Below, one piece after another: positions 10,605 through 19,480 of a stretch of 64,000 nucleotides of DNA. The stretch covers positions 3,392,001-3,456,000 of the forward strand of contig OZ242383.1 in the NCBI GenBank assembly GCA_965209155.1. The letters are read 5' to 3'. The DNA is from a bacterium (GTDB taxonomy: Bacteria > SAR324 > NAC60-12). The stretch's first letter is position 1. Each line of letters starts with the position of its first letter. The notes beneath the pieces are model-generated. The model searched no databases. It saw only the letters and a program-made list of their open reading frames with translations, and had not been told where the DNA came from. The position numbers and the translations under genes are program-made.

Positions 10605-11576
10605 ATGTCAACGATTTTAAACATCGAAAATCTGGTAGTAAAATTTAAGCTTACCAAGACTGCTGAAATACATGCGGTCAATGATATCAGCGTGTCCCTA
10701 CAAGAAAGGGAGACTTTAGGAATAGTTGGTGAGAGTGGATGTGGAAAAAGTGTTACATTTTTATCAATTCTTGGTTTGATTCCAAAACCTCCAGGATTTA
10801 TTGAATCTGGCAGAGCAATATTCAATGGTAGTGACTTGTTTCAAATGAAATCGGATGAAATTCGAAAAATCAGAGGATCTCAAATTGGTTTTGTATTTCA
10901 AGACCCTATGACGTCGTTAAATCCCGTTCTCAGCATTGGTAACCAACTTTCCGAAACGATTATGCTGCATCAAGGTCTGAGCCGAAATGACGCCGACGCG
11001 TACTCCATTCAACTACTCAATCAAGTTGGCATACCTGAACCCGAAAAACGGTTGAAGGAATTCCCTCATCAGTTTTCAGGAGGAATGAGGCAGCGGGTCA
11101 TGTTTGCAATGGCAATATCTTGTAAACCGAAAATATTAATTGCCGATGAACCAACAACGGCATTGGACGTAACGGTTCAATCTCAAATAATCGACCTCGT
11201 TAAAGATCTCAGAGACAACATTGGCATGGCAGTTGTCTGGATCACGCATGATTTAGGAGTCATTTCGGGATTAGCAGATTTCGTCAACGTGATGTTTGCC
11301 GGCAATATTGTTGAAAAAGCGCCTGTCAAGAAAATATTTTCAGATCCTCAACACCCTTATACCCAGGGTCTGATCGGTTCACTGCCGCATAAATCAACGA
11401 AAAACACTAAGCGATTGACAAATATCCCGGGTGCGCCTCCGGATGGTCTGACATTATCAAAAGGATGTTCGTTTGCGCCAAGATGCACTCTGGCAATGGA
11501 GCGTTGTCATATGGAAATTCCTTTTTTAAAAGATCTTGCTCAAGATCATCACGTCGCCTGTTGGTTGAGAAACTGA
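10605..11576 (+). CDS. ABC transporter ATP-binding protein (DppD/OppD)
   Basis: GESGCGKS, FSGGMRQR, LIADEPT, HPYT and C-terminal Cys cluster. Confidence 0.95.
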   Translation: MSTILNIENLVVKFKLTKTAEIHAVNDISVSLQERETLGIVGESGCGKSVTFLSILGLIPKPPGFIESGRAIFNGSDLFQMKSDEIRKIRGSQIGFVFQDPMTSLNPVLSIGNQLSETIMLHQGLSRNDADAYSIQLLNQVGIPEPEKRLKEFPHQFSGGMRQRVMFAMAISCKPKILIADEPTTALDVTVQSQIIDLVKDLRDNIGMAVVWITHDLGVISGLADFVNVMFAGNIVEKAPVKKIFSDPQHPYTQGLIGSLPHKSTKNTKRLTNIPGAPPDGLTLSKGCSFAPRCTLAMERCHMEIPFLKDLAQDHHVACWLRN

Positions 11577-11587
11577 ATACTATAAAA

Positions 11588-12565
11588 ATGACGCCCCCCA
11601 AAACTATTCTGAAAGTAGAAGATTTAAAGATTCATTTTCCTATACGAAGTGGATTTATAAAAAAAGTAACCGGACATGTGCGGGCTGTCGACGGCGTGAA
11701 CTTGAGTTTGTTTGAAAAAAAAACTTTGGGATTAGTTGGAGAAAGTGGTTGTGGTAAAACAACACTTGGACGTGCAATTCTCAAATTATACGAGATAACT
11801 TCAGGTAAAATATTTTTTAAAGACAGAGAAATAACCAAGATACACGGGAAAGAACTGAGAAAAACCAGAAAACAAATGCAAATGATATTTCAAGATCCCT
11901 ATGCTTCTCTCAATCCAAGAATGACGGCAGGAAAAATCGTTTTAGAACCTTTATTGATTCACGAGAAAAACTCAAAAGACGATAATTTAGCAAAGGTCGA
12001 TAAATTGTTTGAGATGGTAGGATTGAATCCCGAATATACCAGACGATATCCCCACCAGTTTTCCGGTGGACAAAGACAAAGAATTGGAATTGCCCGGGCA
12101 TTGGCATTGAATCCTTTATTGGTCATTTGTGATGAAGCGATCTCAGCGCTCGATGTTTCCATCCAAGCTCAAATTATAAATCTCTTGTTGGATTTACAAA
12201 ATAAATTGGGACTGTCCTTCTTATTTATTTCCCATGATATCAGCATGATTGGTTATTTTTCCGACTATATTGCAGTGATGTATCTCGGTAAGATCATGGA
12301 GTATGGTACGAGAGATAATATTTTTAATGAAACATTGCACCCTTACACGAAGGCTTTACTTTCTTCAGTGCCGGAAATAGATCCCGAAAAAGAAAAAATT
12401 AAAAAAAGAATATTGCTGAAAGGAGATCTTCCGAGTTCATCGAAAAAAATATTTGGATGCGTTTTCAACACCCGTTGCAATAAAGTTGAAGATCGATGTT
12501 TCAAGGAAGCGCCTTTATGGAGAAATCATAGAGCCAATCATTGGGTTGCTTGTCATTTTGCTTGA
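11588..12565 (+). CDS. ABC transporter ATP-binding protein (DppF/OppF)
   Basis: GESGCGKT, FSGGQRQR, ICDEA, HPYT; ATG at 11588 chosen to avoid a long overlap. Confidence 0.93.
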   Translation: MTPPKTILKVEDLKIHFPIRSGFIKKVTGHVRAVDGVNLSLFEKKTLGLVGESGCGKTTLGRAILKLYEITSGKIFFKDREITKIHGKELRKTRKQMQMIFQDPYASLNPRMTAGKIVLEPLLIHEKNSKDDNLAKVDKLFEMVGLNPEYTRRYPHQFSGGQRQRIGIARALALNPLLVICDEAISALDVSIQAQIINLLLDLQNKLGLSFLFISHDISMIGYFSDYIAVMYLGKIMEYGTRDNIFNETLHPYTKALLSSVPEIDPEKEKIKKRILLKGDLPSSSKKIFGCVFNTRCNKVEDRCFKEAPLWRNHRANHWVACHFA

Positions 12566-12584
12566 TCTCTTATTATATCTACGA

Positions 12585-12770
12585 ACGTGAATCAGGAGTT
12601 CAAAAACGTGTCATTCCTGGCTTGACCAGGAATCCAGGGGGGATACTGGCGATATTTTGGATGCCGGATCATCCTGGTCCCGAATCATCCCGGACTTGAT
12701 CCGGGACCAGCATGACACATCAAATTATTAAATTATTGATTTTATATATTATTTCAAATTCTAATGCGCA
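12585..12770 (-). mobile_element. MITE copy 1 (~186 bp)
   Basis: Ends ACGTGAATCAGGAGTT and degenerate AATTCTAATGCGCA; flanked by direct repeat TATCTACGA (12576-12584, 12771-12779); reverse complement of 38472-38658. Confidence 0.85.
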
Positions 12771-12789
12771 TATCTACGAGAAAAATTTT

Positions 12790-13485
12790 ATGATAAAAAT
12801 GAAGAGCTACCCCCAACATCGCTATACCAAACCTCGTGGGGCAACCGATATTATACTGGTCCGTCATGGTCAATCCAGAGCGGCCACACTGGAAGCTCCC
12901 TTTGATTTAGTGGACGGACAGGGCGACCCTGAACTGTCCAGGGAAGGTAGATGGCAAGCATTGCGTTTGAATGAGCGCTTAGCAAACGAGCCGATTGACT
13001 CAATTTACGTAACGAACATGCGTCGCACTAGCGAAACCGCAGAGCCTCTCGCGCATCGTTTGAATTTGATCCCACGAGTGGAAAAGGACCTGCGGGAAGT
13101 GCACCTGGGAGAATGGGAAGGAGGTTTGTTTCGTATCAAAGCTGCAGAACCGGACCCTCTCTACCTGGAACTGTTGCGACAGCAAGACTGGGGGGTCATT
13201 CCTGGGGCCGAGTCCAGAGATCAGCTGTGTTCCCGCGTCTTGTCTGTGATGAAGCGAATTGTGACGGCTCATCCCAACCAAACGGTACTGATTGTCAGTC
13301 ATGGTGGTGTGATTTCCCAGATTCTTTCGCATGTCACTGCGTCTCGCGCCTTTTCTTTTAATTCAGTGGACAACGCCTCTATCAGTCATATCGTGGCTGA
13401 AGGAAAGCAATTGGTATTACGGCGATTCAACGACACCAGCCACCTATCCTCCACTTTCACCTCCGAGTCAGTTCCACTCAGTTGA
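12790..13485 (+). CDS. Histidine phosphatase family protein
   Basis: LVRHGQS, LREVHLGEWEG, VSHGGVI; the upstream ORF extension lies inside the MITE. Confidence 0.88.
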   Translation: MIKMKSYPQHRYTKPRGATDIILVRHGQSRAATLEAPFDLVDGQGDPELSREGRWQALRLNERLANEPIDSIYVTNMRRTSETAEPLAHRLNLIPRVEKDLREVHLGEWEGGLFRIKAAEPDPLYLELLRQQDWGVIPGAESRDQLCSRVLSVMKRIVTAHPNQTVLIVSHGGVISQILSHVTASRAFSFNSVDNASISHIVAEGKQLVLRRFNDTSHLSSTFTSESVPLS

Positions 13486-13773
13486 CCTTTTATCCACTGT
13501 GCAAACAGATGGCGCGAAGAATCGACAAATTCGCTGAAAACTGACCAGGATCTTAGTAAAGAATGCAACAAGACTGAATGATCTCTCTTACTGAAAAAAT
13601 GGCCGGAAAGCAAGCTCAAATTATTATGGAATAACTGATTTTAAAATTTGCGGATAAGTAACCATTGTGGTAATTTTTCCGCAGAGGGTGCAATCAGATT
13701 TTGAACTCGAAATCTCTTTGACCGGCAGCCAATAGTCAAAAAGGCATGTCACCAGTACGAAAACAACCACATA

Positions 13774-15201
13774 ATGGAAATAAAATCAATGGATTTCAGA
13801 AGTAACAGCGTGGAGGGGTGGGTACAGCGCATCCGTTTGAAGGAATTCTCTGCTCGTGAATTGGTCGAATGCGCATTGCAGAACATCGAAAGGACAAAAG
13901 ATGTTTTGAATGCATTCTGCTCAGTAGCTCCCGAAAAAGCCCTCGAGGAAGCGGAGGCAATCGACAAAAGGCTGATACGTGGCGATGCGGTAGGACGACT
14001 TGCCGGAATACCGGTGGGTATCAAGGATCTCGAAGATGCCAAGGGGTTCGTGACGACTTGCGGATCCGCGCTTCACGTCAACGATGCACCGTCGGAAATC
14101 GACTCACCGTTGGTGGCCCGTCTTAAGTCTGCAGGTTGCATTATTGTCGGTAAAACCAACACCTCGGAGTTTGGTCACAGGGGAGAGACCGACAATCCTA
14201 CGTTCGGCGCGTCTCGAAACCCCTGGAACCCGGATTACAATGCAGGTGGATCCTCCGGAGGTTCTGCGGCTGCCATTGCCGGGGGAGTCTTGCCATTGTG
14301 CACTGGTAGTGATGGCGGTGGCAGCATTCGTATTCCCAGTGGGCTGTGCGGTCTCAGTGGAATCAAGACGAGCCAGGGGCGTGTCCCCTACGGTGGACCC
14401 AAACCACCAGGAAGTGGAATACTCACGCTCAAAGGTCCTATGGCGCTGCGTGCGCGTGATTCCGCTTATGCCTTGGACGCGGTCAGGGGAGATGAAGCGA
14501 CGGATATTTTCGGTTTGCCGAAGGATGGTCCCGACTGGCGGCCTCAGATGGATCAAGACAACAAACCCGAGCGCGTGGTCTTTTCACTTACAATGGGTTA
14601 TGCCAAGGTGGATACTGAAATCGCTGCCATTGTCAGTGAAGCCGTGGCAAAATTGCAGGCCGCGGGCGTGGAGGTGATCGAACGCGAGGACATCTGGGAA
14701 AAGGACCCCTTCCAACAATGGTGGGTTATCTGGACTGCCTCCAGGGCCCGGGCTCATGGTCATCTTCGTGGCACTGCTGATTGGGAGCTTATGGACGAAC
14801 AGCTCCGCCTGACGACTGAGCATGGGTTGGAGAAGATTACCGCAGTGGACTATGTACGGGCTGTCGATGCTTGTTATACTCTGAATAACCGACTGGAGGA
14901 GGTCTTTCAAGACGCACCGCTGATACTTTCACCAACGCTGCGGGGACATGCCCCCAAAGTTGGCAGCCACGAAGGATTAGTCGACGGAGTCCTCTCACCC
15001 GGTTGGGCGGTGGGTTTTACACAGGGGTTCAACATGACCCGAAATCCTGCAGGTACCGTGAATGCAGGGTTCACCCTCTCAGGGATGCCCGTGGGATTGC
15101 AAATTGTCGGTCGGCAGCGCGACGACCTTCGAGTGCTGAAAGCAATGTGCTTTGTGGAGGAAGTCTTGGGCCTTGCTTCAAACGCGCCACATGGAGTGTG
15201 A
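13774..15201 (+). CDS. Amidase (amidase-signature family)
   Basis: GIKD, GKTNTSEFG, GGSSGGSAA, GSDGGGSIRIP. Confidence 0.93.
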   Translation: MEIKSMDFRSNSVEGWVQRIRLKEFSARELVECALQNIERTKDVLNAFCSVAPEKALEEAEAIDKRLIRGDAVGRLAGIPVGIKDLEDAKGFVTTCGSALHVNDAPSEIDSPLVARLKSAGCIIVGKTNTSEFGHRGETDNPTFGASRNPWNPDYNAGGSSGGSAAAIAGGVLPLCTGSDGGGSIRIPSGLCGLSGIKTSQGRVPYGGPKPPGSGILTLKGPMALRARDSAYALDAVRGDEATDIFGLPKDGPDWRPQMDQDNKPERVVFSLTMGYAKVDTEIAAIVSEAVAKLQAAGVEVIEREDIWEKDPFQQWWVIWTASRARAHGHLRGTADWELMDEQLRLTTEHGLEKITAVDYVRAVDACYTLNNRLEEVFQDAPLILSPTLRGHAPKVGSHEGLVDGVLSPGWAVGFTQGFNMTRNPAGTVNAGFTLSGMPVGLQIVGRQRDDLRVLKAMCFVEEVLGLASNAPHGV

Positions 15202-15239
15202 AGGCAATTCCAAGAATGAAATAGCTCAAAAAAACGCCT

Positions 15240-15908
15240 ATGAACGAATCAATTCACACTGCCGTTGTGACAGGCGGTCATGCTTTTGACGTGGTGGGAT
15301 TTCACCGACTTTTTCGAGGGTTGGAGGGGATTGATGCTTACATTCAGCACATGGACGATTTTGCCAGTTCTTCTCCCTCGGAACGGGACTTTTATGATGT
15401 GGTTCTATTTTATACGATGCTTTTGGAAGAACCAATGGATGACGGTCCACACTTCCGGGGAAAACCCAGGTCGGCGTTGGAACAATTGGACCAATCACAG
15501 CAAGGAATTTTTATCCTCCACCATTCAATATTGGCTTTTCCGGAATGGCCTGTTTGGAATCAATGGGTGGGTATCCATGATCTGAGTTCAGATCTTAAAC
15601 AATTAAAAGTTACCAAACCTGAAACAATTCCGGTGATTGTGGGCGATGCGCAGCATCCGGTCACCAAGGGTATGGAAAATTGGGAGATGCTGGATGAACT
15701 TTACCTGATGAATGAACCGCACTCCAATAGTTCTCCTCTCTTGACCACCAACCATCCTGATAGTATGCGGACATTGGCTTGGACTCGGCATTATAAAGAC
15801 CATCGTATTCTCTGTTGGCAGTCTGGCCATGATGATCAAACGTGGACTAACGCGAATTTTATCTCAATTTTACGTCGGGGTATCCTGTGGTGCGCTTCAC
15901 GAATATAG
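15240..15908 (+). CDS. ThuA-like (class I glutamine amidotransferase fold) domain protein
   Basis: VVTGGHAFD, ILHH, HPVTKG, DELY, LAWTR, QSGHD. Confidence 0.8.
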   Translation: MNESIHTAVVTGGHAFDVVGFHRLFRGLEGIDAYIQHMDDFASSSPSERDFYDVVLFYTMLLEEPMDDGPHFRGKPRSALEQLDQSQQGIFILHHSILAFPEWPVWNQWVGIHDLSSDLKQLKVTKPETIPVIVGDAQHPVTKGMENWEMLDELYLMNEPHSNSSPLLTTNHPDSMRTLAWTRHYKDHRILCWQSGHDDQTWTNANFISILRRGILWCASRI

Positions 15909-15945
15909 TTGAGATCGTTTTTTTTTAAAGTAAAGAAGTTGAACC

Positions 15946-18201
15946 ATGACAATGACAAATGAACATACAGATGCAAAAACCCCTTACAAATGGGTGGGTA
16001 CCCGGCCAGTGCGACATGATGGGCTCGACAAAGTGACCGGTCGTGCCCGCTTTGCTGCAGATCTGATTTTGCCCAGGATGTTGACAGGCCTTGTGCTGCG
16101 TTCGCCCCATGCCCATGCGCGAATTCTTTCGATTGATACAACGACAGCGGAGGCCATGCCGGGGGTGGAGGCAGTCATCACCGCGAAAGATTTTCCGGAA
16201 CCCGATCGCCAGGACTATGTCTCCCGTAATTTGATGGCACGTGACAAAGTGCTTTACGTAGGGCAGGTGATCGCCGCAGTGGCTGCTCTTACCCGACGTC
16301 AGGCCAAAGCGGCTACTGAGAAAATTGTGGTCCGATACGAGGAACTCCCTCCCGTGCTCACTATCGATGAAGCCATGGCGGAAGACGCGCCCTTGCTTCA
16401 CGACGACTTGATTACTGAAGGAATGGACCCGATACCCACCAAAGCGTCAAACGTTTGCAAACGTACTTTGCATGAACGCGGTGATCTTATGGTCGGATTT
16501 ACAGAAGCTGACCTGGTAATCGAACGGGAATTCTCCACCAAGGTGGTACATCAGGGTTACATTGAACCGCATGCGGCCATAGCGGATACCAGCAAAGACG
16601 GTCGCTCTCACATTTGGTGCTCGTCACAAGGACACTTCATGGTACGTTCGGCAACAGCGAAAATGCTCGGTTGGGAAAACTCTCGTATCAAAGTGACACC
16701 TGCAGAAATTGGTGGTGGATTTGGGGGTAAAACCACCATATATCTTGAACCTTTGGCAGTCAGGCTTTCAGAGAAAGCAAAGCGACCTGTGAAACTGGTG
16801 ATGAGCCGTAGTGAAGTCTTTCAGGCCACCGGACCAACTCCTGCCACCAAATTTCGGATCAAATTGGGAGTGCGCAAAGACGGAAAAATCACGGCGGGCC
16901 AAGCCTGGTTTGTCTATGAAAGTGGAGGTTTTCCTGGTTCATCGGCGCGGACGGGTGCGATGTGTGTTTTCACCCCCTACAATATTCCCAACTTCAAGAT
17001 TGAAGGATTCGATGTGGTGGTCAACAAACCAGTCAATAAGGCCTACCGTGCCCCTTCGTCTCCCATGGGCGCATTTGCAACCGATACGCTCCTCGATGAG
17101 ATTGCTCAAGAGCTCAAAATCGACTCAATCGAGTTGCGTATGATCAACGCGGTGGAAGAAGGTTGCCGCAGACCGGATGGACCAAAATTCGCTCGTATCG
17201 GGTTCAAGGAAACTCTGGAAGCCATTCGCAATCATCCCCATTACAAAATTCCATTGGGCCCCAACCAGGGGCGAGGGGTGGCCAGTGGGTTCTGGCCCAA
17301 CGGAGGCGAAGCTTCCTCGGCCATCGTCAACCTCAATGAAAATGGCACTGCCAGCGTGATAACCGGGAGTCCGGATATTGGCGGAAGTCGTGTTTCGATG
17401 GCATTGATGGCAGCCGAAGAGTTAGGCATTGATGTCCAAACCATCCAACCCATTGTTGCAGATACCGAATCTGTCGGGTACACCGACGTCACTGGAGGGA
17501 GCCGCGTTACTTTCTCCACTGGAATGGCTGTGGTGGAAGCCTGTCGTCTTATCATTACGCAATTATGCGAAAGGGCCGCAATTATGTGGGATTGCAACGT
17601 CGAGGATGTGGAATGGATCGCAGGCAGCGCTCATCACAGAGTGGGCAATGAACCCCCTTTGACGTTGGCCGAGATCACCGCAGAGGCAAAACAGACAGGA
17701 GGTCCCATCTCGGCAACTAAATCCCTGCAAGCCAGTAGGGGAGTCGGTCCTGCCTTCTCCACGCAAGTGTGTGATGTCGAGGTTGATCCAGAAACCGGAA
17801 AAGTGACCATTTTGAGATACACCACCGCCCAGGATGCCGGTACAGCCATTCACCCCAGCTACGTAGAAGGACAGATGCAGGGGGGAGTCGTGCAGGGCAT
17901 AGGTTGGGCGCTCAACGAGGAGTATAACCTCGATGAAAAAGGGAATATGGAAAACCCCAGCTTCCTCGATTATCGGATTCCGGTCACCTCGGATCTCCCC
18001 ATGATCGATACCATTATCGTTGAAGTTCCCAACCCCTCGCATCCTTATGGAGTGAGAGGTGTCGGCGAGGTAGGCATTGTTCCACCTCTTGCTGCCATTG
18101 GCAACGCCATTCATGATGCCACCGGAGTGCGTATGCGTGATCTGCCTATGTCCCCCGTGGCCATTCTCAATGCATTGAATAAACAAAATGGCTCGGGGTG
18201 A
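15946..18201 (+). CDS. Xanthine dehydrogenase/CO dehydrogenase family molybdopterin-binding (large) subunit
   Basis: DKVTG, RSPHAHA, GGGFGGK, AYRAP, EGQMQGG, GVGE. Confidence 0.93.
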   Translation: MTMTNEHTDAKTPYKWVGTRPVRHDGLDKVTGRARFAADLILPRMLTGLVLRSPHAHARILSIDTTTAEAMPGVEAVITAKDFPEPDRQDYVSRNLMARDKVLYVGQVIAAVAALTRRQAKAATEKIVVRYEELPPVLTIDEAMAEDAPLLHDDLITEGMDPIPTKASNVCKRTLHERGDLMVGFTEADLVIEREFSTKVVHQGYIEPHAAIADTSKDGRSHIWCSSQGHFMVRSATAKMLGWENSRIKVTPAEIGGGFGGKTTIYLEPLAVRLSEKAKRPVKLVMSRSEVFQATGPTPATKFRIKLGVRKDGKITAGQAWFVYESGGFPGSSARTGAMCVFTPYNIPNFKIEGFDVVVNKPVNKAYRAPSSPMGAFATDTLLDEIAQELKIDSIELRMINAVEEGCRRPDGPKFARIGFKETLEAIRNHPHYKIPLGPNQGRGVASGFWPNGGEASSAIVNLNENGTASVITGSPDIGGSRVSMALMAAEELGIDVQTIQPIVADTESVGYTDVTGGSRVTFSTGMAVVEACRLIITQLCERAAIMWDCNVEDVEWIAGSAHHRVGNEPPLTLAEITAEAKQTGGPISATKSLQASRGVGPAFSTQVCDVEVDPETGKVTILRYTTAQDAGTAIHPSYVEGQMQGGVVQGIGWALNEEYNLDEKGNMENPSFLDYRIPVTSDLPMIDTIIVEVPNPSHPYGVRGVGEVGIVPPLAAIGNAIHDATGVRMRDLPMSPVAILNALNKQNGSG

Positions 18202-18221
18202 ACAGAATATGTTTAAAAGAA

Positions 18222-18980
18222 TTAAGACTTCTGCGTAAGAGGGAGCAACTTGTCGATCATGTTGTTGTGCGCGTCTTCGAGGACTTTCAACTCATTCCGC
18301 ACTTGGATTTGCAGGTCGACTTTGACTTCTTCGGGATCTGCGAAATCCAAATGGTTCAAAGCATAGGCTAAAAGGGACAAGGGACGACATACCCAATATT
18401 GCAAGACCCCATAAAAGATCAACCAAAGGGCTGCAGTTTTAATGAGGGCCCCTGCAACTAACAAAATGAAGCGAATGCGCACTTTTTGAAAGACGATATT
18501 CGTATTGGAATACAAACGCGCTTCTCCTAACTTTCGGTTTTGCCCTTCTCGATTTTGATGGTTAATCATATTGGATTGCGAGAACATTCCCATCACACGA
18601 CCCACCAGTACTTCCCGCCCTTGCCTGTCGACCGTAACCGACTGCCCCTTGGCGTTTATCAAGATTCCCGCGCCAGCCACTATTTCTCCATCCGGATCAA
18701 CAATTTTAATACCAAGAAGGGATGGATGTCGCGCCACCTCATCCAAGACAAAACGAAGTTGTGTGTTGTCGGACCTCTGCAAAGAGTCGACGATTCCGGA
18801 TTGGGCGGCGCCGTACAACAAATCCAAATCCTCCCGGATTTGTTTTTCCGCAGTCCGGTAATCCGTGAGCATCAGGATGGTCGTCACCATCATCGTTACT
18901 AAAAAATAGAAAGCAAACACAACCTTGAAAATCTGGTTGGCAATGGATTGTTGCGCTTTGATTGATCTGTCGTCGGCCAT
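18222..18980 (-). CDS. Membrane sensor-like protein (2 TM, extracytoplasmic domain, HAMP-like) with no output domain
   Basis: Two hydrophobic segments, then RPLSLL...NELKVL...NNM and an immediate stop; GGAGG upstream of ATG 18980. Confidence 0.6.
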   Translation of the reverse strand: MADDRSIKAQQSIANQIFKVVFAFYFLVTMMVTTILMLTDYRTAEKQIREDLDLLYGAAQSGIVDSLQRSDNTQLRFVLDEVARHPSLLGIKIVDPDGEIVAGAGILINAKGQSVTVDRQGREVLVGRVMGMFSQSNMINHQNREGQNRKLGEARLYSNTNIVFQKVRIRFILLVAGALIKTAALWLIFYGVLQYWVCRPLSLLAYALNHLDFADPEEVKVDLQIQVRNELKVLEDAHNNMIDKLLPLTQKS

Positions 18981-19027
18981 GAATTTTCCTCCCATGGTAT
19001 GGTTGAATCGAAGCGGTGGAACCCCTT

Positions 19028-19468
19028 TCAATCTCCAGTACTTCCAAAACCTCCGGATCCCCGTTCTGTCTCATCCAGGGAAGCGACAAATTCAATCGTA
19101 CATGGCTCTAACCGGCGCACAATTAATTGCGCAATTCGTTTGTTGAGAAGTTTTTCAGCCGCCGCTTTCGCGTTTCCTCGACCGAGATAACGAAAAGGGA
19201 GGAATATTCGACCACGATAATCCGGATCGATCACCCCCACGCTGTTGGCAATTATGAAATGACTTTTCACGATGCTGGAACGAGGGAGTATTTCGGTATA
19301 ATACCCTCGAGAAATCTGGATAGAAATTCCGGTGTCAAAAAAAAATACCAATTCGTTTAATTGCTCAAAGTTATAAGCGGTGAGATCCAAACCTGCATCG
19401 CTCGCGTGGCTGCGCCTGGGTCGGGACATCCCTTCCAGATGGCATTGAATCTTCAGGTGAGCCGGCAT
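19028..19468 (-). CDS. dut: dUTP diphosphatase
   Basis: DAGLDL, PRSS, GVIDPDYRG, RIAQL, RGSGGFGSTG. Confidence 0.93.
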   Translation of the reverse strand: MPAHLKIQCHLEGMSRPRRSHASDAGLDLTAYNFEQLNELVFFFDTGISIQISRGYYTEILPRSSIVKSHFIIANSVGVIDPDYRGRIFLPFRYLGRGNAKAAAEKLLNKRIAQLIVRRLEPCTIEFVASLDETERGSGGFGSTGD

Positions 19469-19480
19469 CTCAGTTTCCTT

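Noticed and set aside
15946..18201. Aerobic CO dehydrogenase CoxL
   Set aside because: Lacks the AYxCSFR or AYRGAGR loop, and no coxM/coxS is adjacent
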